Part shown: positions 54,853-64,000 of the stretch, in pieces | How positions within the stretch are numbered: the first letter of the stretch is position 1 | Layout of the letters: the number at the start of each line of letters is the position of its first letter | From: Octopus sinensis | Taxonomy: Eukaryota | Assembly (NCBI RefSeq): GCF_006345805.1 | Contig: NC_043012.1 | Coordinates: 38,688,001 to 38,752,000 of the forward strand | Direction: 5' to 3' | DNA: 64,000 nt | Notes under the pieces: model-generated | Told to the model about the DNA's origin: nothing | Databases searched by the model: none | Seen by the model: only the letters and a program-made list of their open reading frames with translations | Translations under genes and position numbers: made by a program

Positions 54853-55975
54853 TTATTTCCTTATTGGCCACGGAACGTAGAGAATGATAGACAGACGAGA
54901 GTCAGTGAGGTTAAGCGTGTAAACCTCTTACAAACGATTAACAAAGAGATTAAATTAACAAAATGCTTCCCCAATATGGGGGAGTTCCATTGTAAGGTAA
55001 CTAAAGAGACTGCATGCACTTTGCACCCCTTAACACCCACGGTTCCTCAGGAAGGATCCTCCCTTCCCCATTCTATACGTCCGACAGGGGCACACTTAGA
55101 GTAGGACTATTCACGCGGGCCATTCTTGCCGCATTCACTCACCTTTCAACGAACTTACTGGGTGACAGTACCATCCTCTCCAGCCTCACTTTCAACCTTT
55201 TCATTCGCGTTCACCACACAACCTGTTTTGCCATATCCACCAGACAGAGAAATATTACCCTCTCTTCCCAGCCAAAAGAAGGAAGCGGGCGATCTCCACA
55301 ACGGACTCTGGCGATAGCCGGATCCGCCCTACAGGTGTTTACTGTTCGACAAAGCACCACAAGTGAGCATGCAGAACGGTTTCACCCATCTGTTAATAAA
55401 CTCACTCGTGGACAGCACTTCTGTTTTCCCTCTCAATTTCCTTCTCAAGGGAAACTTGAAAAAGTCAATGAGAGGTCAACCAAAGAGACATGTGTCTGTC
55501 CTTACGCTTTTCAGCCTTGTGCACCAACCAACCTCTTTCGCCACAGTCACTAGACAAAGGAAAACTGCCTTGCCTGCCCGATTGAAGGAGGGTGTGGTGC
55601 AATCAGTGCAATCATCCTTACAGACTCGACCGGCAGACAGATCCATCCCACACCTGACAGCAACTGTTCAACATAAACCCACGAGTAAGCAATGCCCGGG
55701 CACTAAACGAGGGCGGCCAGGACTTTTAATCACTCTGCGTCACCACGGACAACTCCGTCTGACAGCACATCCCTCCGTGCCTTTAGAGTTTATCTGGAAA
55801 CGGTAGCGCCCCCCACTCCACCCCGTAGCTCTACCAGGCCAAGGAGATCTGGAAATTATCCTTTATAGTTCCAGACTGGAAAGTCCACCGGAACATACTA
55901 GCCAGTTCGTTCTCGGCGGCGCCCAGAGTCCCATCGAAAACGGTTCGCACTCCCCGCCACTAATCCTCTATAAAT
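54853..55975 (-). mobile_element. Tx1/L1-clade LINE 3' fragment, same family as 29862-31500
   Basis: Shared segments (cacgcgggc.attcttgcc.cattca, cagcctcacttt, ctctcgtctgt). The 3' end gtggccaataaggaaata runs into (ATT)n. Confidence 0.82.
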
Positions 55976-56004
55976 TTCTAAAGCGGAAAATAGTAATAAT
56001 AATC

Positions 56005-56206
56005 ATCCCTACTGTAGGCACACGGCCTCGAATTTGTGGGGTGGGGGACTAGTCGACTATATTGACTCAGTGTTTCACTGATTCCTAATTTATCAATCCC
56101 GAAAGGATGAAAGGCAAGGTCGGCCGCGGCGGAATTTGAACACAGAATGTAGTGATGGGCGAAATACCGCGACGCATTTCGCTGATGATTCTGCCAGCTC
56201 ACCACC
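56005..56206 (-). mobile_element. tRNA-derived SINE family 2, near full length
   Basis: Minus strand ggtggtgagctggcagaatc...gtgttcaaattcc...; (TTA)n lies upstream and an attattatt tail downstream on its sense strand. Confidence 0.82.
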
Positions 56207-56207
56207 T

Positions 56208-56208
56208 A

Positions 56209-56267
<59 letters not shown>

Positions 56268-56283
56268 TAATAATAGCAATAAC

Positions 56284-56321
<38 letters not shown>

Positions 56322-56472
56322 TAATAATAATAATAATAATAATAATGATAATAATAATAATGATAACAACAACAACAACAATAATAATAATAATAGTAAC
56401 AACAACAACAATAACGGCAACAACAACAACAGTAATAAGAAGAAGAAGAAGAATAAGGCTAATAATAATAAT
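56208..56472. repeat. (TAA)n/(CAA)n/(GAA)n compound microsatellite
   Basis: Direct inspection. Confidence 0.95.
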
Positions 56473-56474
56473 GC

Positions 56475-57288
56475 AAAAATGCGAAAGAAATAGACAAGGA
56501 AAAATCCCAGCAATGGTTGAGAAGCTCAGGACTCAAAGCAGAAACAGAGGGATTTTTAATTGCAGCACAAGACCAAAGCCTCCCCACCAGAAATTACCAA
56601 AAACATGTAATGAAAAGAAATATTACAAGTAACTGCGGAATATGTGGAGATGGACAGGAAACAATAAATCATATTGTCTCTGGCTGCCCAGTCCTGGCTA
56701 AGAAGGAATATATTCACAGACACATCAGAGTTGGGACCTACATACACTGGAAGCTATGCCAACATTATGGAATAACAACAGAAAAAAGATGGTATAGGCA
56801 CACACCAGAAAAGGTCACAGAAAATGAGAAAGCAACCATAATCTGGGATATGCCGATACACACAGATAGAGAAATTAAGGCCAACAGACCAGATGTAGTT
56901 GTCAGAGATCATGAAGAAAAAAATGCTTTCTAATTGATGTATCAATACCGGCTGATGACAACGTGTCTCTAAAAGAAATGAGAGAACTTTCAAAATACAA
57001 AGACCTGGAATAGAGGTAATTAGAATGTGGGATCTAAAACCAACAATTCCTATCAGTAGGTGCATTAGGCATGATAAAAATATTCAGATAAATACATAGC
57101 AAAATACAAGACTTAAAACACATATAACACACAGAAAATTGCACTACTAGGCACTGCACACATCCTACGCAGAACACTTTCCATACAATAACCATCTGAG
57201 CATCACAACAATCACAGCACATACCCAAGGCACACAGAGCTGCGCGCGGTAGTGAAGTGAAAGCACGCTATAAAAATAAAACTACTGA
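56475..57288 (+). mobile_element. R4/Dong family A, 5'-truncated (CCHC + RLE + 3' UTR)
   Basis: LRSSGLKAETEGFLIAAQDQSL, CGICGDGQETINHIVSGC, RPDVVV; ends actactga followed by (ATA)n. Confidence 0.94.
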
Positions 57289-57306
57289 ATAATAATAATA
57301 ATAATA

Positions 57307-57369
<63 letters not shown>

Positions 57370-57393
57370 TAATAATAATAATAATAATAATAA

Positions 57394-60378
57394 CGGGGGA
57401 CATTTAAGATGTAAGAAGGAAAAAGCAGAGCTCCGAAATCTATCCGCAAACATCGAAAACAAGGACATCGTATGGAGCCAAAGATTTACTAACAGAGGAT
57501 TGGACTGTATCCGAGTAAGTAATACTAATTGAAATTTATTACTATTTTCGAAACGAAATGATGTATTTTGACTCGATATCATCTCCACCTCTAACACAAC
57601 ACATGTAAACATGCGTGATACATTACGATCCATCAACACCAGATCATCCCCGACCCCAAACACCATGTACGAAGGAACTACGAAGAAATTAAATGCCACC
57701 GATATTATTCAACCCAAGAATAACAATCGGGAAGTACGTACTGTAAACTTACACAACAAAATGTACGAAAAACTACACGTGCGAAATAATGTGACAACAA
57801 AATGAACGGACCGGTACCCTACGAAAATGACGACCGTCAAAATAATGGGCCGGACGTTGTTCCTCATGTCCCGCAATAAAAAACCCAGACATAAATGGAC
57901 ACGTGAGGAATACATTTCTATCCTACACGCATACTTCACAGCATGCTCTACCCAAGAAATGAAACACAGCAACACATACATATAAAATATGGAAGGAAAA
58001 TAACATAAATATAGACTTGGATACAGCAATGAACCCTAATAATTAGCTAACGTACGAAGATACATTCTCAACGCAAAAAAAAAATATCAGAAATAGAAAT
58101 AGAACATCTAAAAGAAAAAATACACCAGAAAATGTAGATAGAAGCCACACAACAATGCCCCATAATATAAACACTGAACAGTAAAACACGAAGACAAACG
58201 TAACATTCCCAACAAACACGATGTACAACGAAGGGGAGCCTAATGATTATGATAATATAAAAAAGTAAAATAATCAAAGAACTAAAACCACAGAGCTCAA
58301 AATGGACCACCGACCATACCTCCCAAGAATCAAAAATAGACGAAACAACAACACCAATTATAAACAGCATAAACCTAGCCGTCACGGAACTAATAGCCAC
58401 TGACACAAAAAGCGATATCACTGAGCTAAATGACTTAGTATACGCAGCAGCCACTGCAGCCACAAAAGAAGCTGGATACTCACTCAAATCCATCCAAACA
58501 GGAGTACCACCACCCAAACAAACCCGGTGGATAAATAACATCCAAAACAAAATACAAAAAATGAGAAAAGATCTGTCGATTCTTAATGAAATCAGCAAAC
58601 AATCAACGCTACTGAGCAACAAATAGAAAACAAAAATACTCCGCAAATATAACATCACAGAAAAACATTTAGCTGAGATAAAAGAAAAGCTGAAGCAAGA
58701 TATCTTTGCCAAAGCACAAAGGATCCACCGGTACGAGAAACGCCAGTGCTTCTTTGAACAAAACAAAAAGTTCAACTCCAACCCCAAAAAGTTCTACCAA
58801 GAACTTGGCAAAAATAAAATAGAAATCACTGCAGCACCAACGGCAGAAGAAGTGGAAGAATTCTGGAGAGAAATATGGTCGGCGAACGAACAACCAAAAA
58901 AAATAACAACTCCTCATCTGAACAACTTTGGACCCCCATAACAACTGAAGGGGTCATCCAGGCACTGCAAAGACTAAGCAACTGGAAGGCACCTGGGCAT
59001 GACAAGATCCCCAACTTCTGGTTGAAATATCTAACAGGAATGCACAAAAAGCTGACTGAAAACTTTAACAACATACTAGCAGAGCCAGAGACAATGCCTG
59101 AATGGCTCACGAAGGGGAAAAACCATCTTAATTCCCAAATCAAATAAGACAGCAAAACCAGAAAACTACAGACCAATAACCTGTCTCCCTACAATGTTCA
59201 AGGCATTTACTGCAGTGATATCGCAATGGTTGAACGAGCACCTGGACGAACACAAACTATTCTCAGAAGAGCAGAAAGGATGCCGTAAAGGCTCATATGG
59301 CTGTAAAGATCAACTAATGATTAATAAAGCCATAACTGAAGACAGCCACAGAAAGAAGAAAGGCCTCAGTATCACCTGGATCGACTACAAAAAGGCGTTT
59401 GATAGCATCCCCAACACATGGATCCTCGAAACACTAGCCATTATCAAAGTAGCACCAACAATCATAAACTTCATAGGGCACTCTATGAATAAATGGCAAA
59501 CAGTGCTACAGCTCCAAACAAAAGAGGGACTCATGAAAACCAAGCTATCCCAATTAGAAGAGGAATATTCCAGGGAGACACGCTCTCTCCACTCCTTTTC
59601 TGCTTGGCACTGTCACCTCTATCTGATATGCTAAATAGAACTGGATGCGGATATAAATGTTATGGCAAAACGATCAGCCACCTTTTATATATGGATGACC
59701 TAAAACTATACGCTGCAAATGACAAACAGCTGGAAACACTATTAGACAGTTCATGGATTTACCAAAGAAATAGATATGAAATTTGGATTAGAAAAATGCG
59801 CCAAAGTAACCCTGAAAAGAGGAAAACTAGTTAAGAGTAGCAACATCACACTAGATAAACCAATGAAATAAAAGAATTAGACCAAAGCCAAACTTACAAA
59901 TACTTAGGAATCCATGAACTAGATAAGACACACACACACAAATGAAAGAGAAATAAAAAAAGAATATTATAGACGAGTTAGATCAATACTAAAAACAGAG
60001 CTCAATGCTAAAACAAGATAATAGGTACTAACACTTTAGCTGTCCCAGTTATAAGTTACAGCTACAATATTCTTAACTGGACACTAAATGAACTGACCAA
60101 AATAGATAGGAAAACAAGAAAAATAATGACAGGATCTAGGATGCATCACCCAAATCTGACATAGAAAGACTATATATACAACGTATAGAAGGTGGTAGAG
60201 GACTTACACACTGGAAAACTACTATAAAATAACCACCATAGGACTGCAAAAATATCTACTTCAGAAGAAGGAAAACTGATACAAATAGCGGCAAAACACG
60301 AGCAAAATAAAAAAACTGTTCTCAGTATTTAAGGAAGCTGACAAATACAAACAAGAAATCATACCACCTAAAAATATA

Positions 60379-60409
<31 letters not shown>

Positions 60410-61408
60410 AAGAAGAAGAGAAGAAGAAGAAGAAGAAGAAGAAGAAGAAGAAAGAAGAACAAAAGAAAGAAGAAAGAACACAAGCTATAAAACAATGAAA
60501 TCCAAACGAAAAATAGAACAGCAACGAACCATGATAAAACGATGGCAAGAAAAGCCCCTTCATGGTAAATACTGGACTAAACTAAACGCAAAAGAAATAG
60601 ACAAAGAAAAATCCCAGAAATGGTTGAGAAGCTCAGGACTCAAAGCAGAAACAGAGGGATTTTTAATTGCAGCACAAGACCAAAGCCTCCCCAACAGAAA
60701 TTACCAAAAACATGTAATGAAAAGAAATATAACAAGTAACTGCGGAATATGTGGAGATGGACAAGAAACAATAAATCATATTATCTCTGGCTGCCCAGTC
60801 CTGGCTAAGAAGGAATATATTCACAGACATAACAGAGATGGAACCTACATACATTGGAAGTTATGCCAACATTATGGAATAACAACAGAAAAAAGATGGT
60901 ATAGGCACACACCAGAAAAGGTCACAAAAAACGAGAAAGCAACCTTACTCTGTGATATGCCGATACACACAGATAGAGAAATTAAGGCCAACAGACCAGA
61001 TATAGTTGTCAAAGATCATGAAGAAAACAAATGCTTTCTAATTGATGTATCAATATCGGCTGATGAAAACGTGTCTCTAAAAGAAATGGAGAAACTCTCA
61101 AAATACAAAGACCTGGAAATAGAGGTAACTAGAATGTGGAACCTGAAAACAGAAACAATTCCTATCATAGTAGGTGCATTAGGCAGGATAAAAAAATATT
61201 CAGACAAATACATAACAAAAACACCAGGACTTACAAACACATGTAACATACAGAAAATTGCACTACTAGGCACTGCACACATCCTACGCAGAACACTTTC
61301 CATACAATAACCATCAGAGCATCACATCAAATCTCAGCACATACCCAAGGCACACAGAGCTGCGCTCGGTTGTCAAGTGAAAGCACGCTATAAAACTAAA
61401 ACTACTGA
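57394..61408 (+). mobile_element. R4/Dong family A, near full length (~4.0 kb)
   Basis: N-terminal RHKWTREEY...LANVRRYI; RT KAPGHD, YRPITCL, WIDYKKAFDSIP, IFQGDTLSPLLF, LYMDDLKLY; CCHC; RLE; stop at 61308-61310. (TAA)n on both sides; several frameshifts. Confidence 0.95.
60495..61310 (+). pseudogene. Open 271-codon C-terminal segment (CCHC zinc knuckle + RLE endonuclease) of the Dong-like ORF
   Basis: ORF track 60495-61310; motifs as in the full element. Confidence 0.9.
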
Positions 61409-62580
61409 ATAATAATAATAATAATAATAAAATAATAATATAATAATAATAATAATAATAATAATAAGAAGAATAATAAGAAGAAGAAGAAGAAGAATAT
61501 TTCATACTAGCAGATTTTGCACATACAATAGATGTTCTGAGAAGTAGATCGAGGTACGTGAGGAAACATAGAAAGTAATATGAAAATGAAAGGCACGATA
61601 TGATGTTAAAATTATACAAATAATTACGGAAAATAATTAGATGGCTTACATAAAACAGAGTTATAACAATCAAATAAAGCAACTCCGAAATAGACGGGTT
61701 AAAAGCAGCATTCACATTAATAATTTTATTTATCTTCTGTTTTTGGTTTCTGTCTGAAAAAGCATTTTCTTTGTTTTCTGAAATACGTTAATTCTGTTCA
61801 GAAATTGTATGTATGTTTATTATTTTGTTTTTCTGTTTAAAACTTGTTTGTTTTCGTTCGTGATTTTCTTGGTTTTCTTGTATTAAATTGCCATGCTATC
61901 AGCTTACACTTAAAGGAGTTTTTTTTTATTTCACAAATTAAACTTTTTCTTTCTTCTTTTTTTTGTTCTTACTGCATCTCCAAACAGGGAAAAGAAGCTC
62001 AAGAAATAATTTTCTATTTCATTCTGTAGAAGTGACGCATAAAAGAAAAAAAAATCTATTTCCATTTGCTTTTAACTGGTACAAATCCAAAATTCGAAAA
62101 GTTTCCATCAGTAACTCGTATTTGTTAATCAGAGACCATACACCCACAAATTTTCATTTCGCAGTTTTCTAGATATTGTTAAGTCATTCTAACCAGCTTT
62201 TAGTTTCTCGCTTTCTTTTCCAAGTTCTATAAACATTGCTCGTTTCAGATAATAAGAAACCCCTTGAATCTTACTTTTGCTTCTACAGTTTCCTCTCGAC
62301 AAACTACCGCCGCCCTTTATGTTCCATCAAATCAATCATATTAGAAGGTAAAAGGATAATTCTAAGGCTTGGAGGAAGAATTTCCAAGGCATCGGATTCT
62401 AGGACTGAAATCATGAGAGTTATTTTCTCCTTTGTTTCCAGGGAACCACAATTGAAATAAAGGGATACAGTTGTGTCTGTGGCCTTCATGAAAAATTATC
62501 CAAAATGAAATAATTTTATTCATTGCGATTCGTAAAAATGTAGGACGAGGGTGATCGTATATCTACTCTCAGCAACAATA

Positions 62581-62654
<74 letters not shown>

Positions 62655-62678
62655 TAATAATAATAATAATAATAATAA

Positions 62679-63076
62679 CAACCAGATATAGTTGTCAGAG
62701 ATCATGAAGAAAAAAATGCTTTCTAATTGATGTATCAATACCGGCTGATGAAAACGTGTCTCTAAAAGAAATGGAGAAACTCTCAAAATACAAAAACCTG
62801 GAAATAGAGGTAACCAGAATGTGGAATCTAAAAACATAAACAATTCCTATCATAGTAGGTGCATTAGGCATGATAAAAAAATATTCAGACAAATACATAA
62901 CAAAAAGTCCAGCACTTACAAATACATATAACATACAGAAAATTGCACTACTAGGCACCGCACACATCCTACGCAGAACACTTTCCATACAATAACCATC
63001 AGAGCATCACAACAAATCACAGCACATACCCAAGGCACACAGAAATGCGCTCGGTAGTGAAGTAAAAATAAATCTA

Positions 63077-63080
<4 letters not shown>
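62679..63080 (+). mobile_element. R4/Dong family A, 5'-truncated 3' end
   Basis: PDIVVRDHEEK...RRTLSIQ*; 3' UTR ends ctactga followed by (ATA)n. Confidence 0.93.
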
Positions 63081-63147
<67 letters not shown>

Positions 63148-63149
<2 letters not shown>

Positions 63150-63699
63150 GCCCTGATGCAGTACCAGGCAGTGGCTCTCATGGCTTCTGATCTTAACTGA
63201 TTGGAAGTGTTATCATGTACATTGTTTTGTCTTGGTATAAAAGATGGGCTACAGCAAATATTCTGCTCAATACCACAGATTTGCTTGTCAGTTTTGACCT
63301 TAACCAGTTGAGCATGTCTCTTAGTGGCTGACGATATGTGCATCTCTGACCACGAGCAGAAGTAGTGGGGGAGCATCATAGCCATGTGTTGAGAGGGATT
63401 CTTTGGGGTTTGAATAGTTCACCTCTGGAAACATGGGTGGTTCTTCAACACCTTAAACAATCCTTATTCAGGGACTTTTGAGCGGGATGGGCTACTCAAC
63501 CTGAAGAAGAAATTCTAACTGGAGCCCACCTGCAAGGTCATGTGCCGTTATCTTGATATGAGATCACCATGTCGCGCACATATGGTTGTGATGCATGTGC
63601 TTGGTGTACCTTTATCAGACGGGTAGTCATGATGGGTATATTGGGCTTCGTATATTTTACCCCAGTGTCACTTTGATGGCATGAACTGCTCTCTCACTC
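63148..63699. mobile_element. ~550 bp non-coding interspersed element flanked by (TAA)n
   Basis: Begins gccctgatgcagtaccaggc and ends ctctctcactc; a diverged second copy follows at 63740. No tRNA head or coding motif seen. Confidence 0.75.
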
Positions 63700-63739
63700 A
63701 ATAATAATAATAATAATAATAGCAAAAAGAACGACAAGC

Positions 63740-64000
63740 GCCCTGATGCAATACCAGGCAATGATTTGCATGACATTTGATCTTAACTGATTGGAAGTAT
63801 CATCATAGACATGTTTTGTCTTGGTGTTACATGTGGGTTACAGCAAATAGATCTGCTTGTTAGTTGCTTGATTTCGGGCAGTTGAGCATGTCCCTTAGTA
63901 GCTGACGATATGTGCATCTCTGATCACAAGCAGAAGTAGTGGGAGAGCATCATAGCCATGTGTTGAGAGGAAGGTTTTGAGGTTTGAATAGTTCACATCT
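63740..64000. mobile_element. Second, more diverged copy of the ~550 bp element, cut by the window end
   Basis: gccctgatgcaataccaggc...gatcttaactgattggaagt...gctgacgatatgtgcatctctga aligns with 63148-63420. Confidence 0.8.

Overview
This is eukaryotic, AT-rich, microsatellite-saturated DNA with no recognisable host protein-coding exon. The SINE families and repeat landscape suggest an octopus or other cephalopod genome (inference from recalled repeat sequences, not a search). Almost all long ORFs in the track are translations of (TA)n, (CA)n, (TCTA)n and (TAA)n repeats. The real content is transposable elements: two R4/Dong-like LINE families with a restriction-like endonuclease (RLE) sitting precisely in (TAA)n tracts, including one near full-length copy at 57394-61408; two Tx1/L1-like LINE fragments ending in (ATT)n; an RTE-like LINE with a PHD finger inside its RT; a Neptune-like Penelope-like element (PLE) with ~1.2 kb inverted arms; older PLE remnants; a complete-length decayed mariner; an internally deleted DD41D transposon; at least four tRNA-derived SINE families; and a ~550 bp non-coding (TAA)n-flanked element. 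The most interesting signals are two adjacent miniature fold-back elements in (TA)n (45420-46170), each carrying a variant minimal hammerhead-ribozyme core and sharing the tails-outward architecture of the large PLE, plus an apparent partitioning of microsatellite type and strand among retroelement families. All alignments and coordinates were read by eye, so boundaries are approximate.
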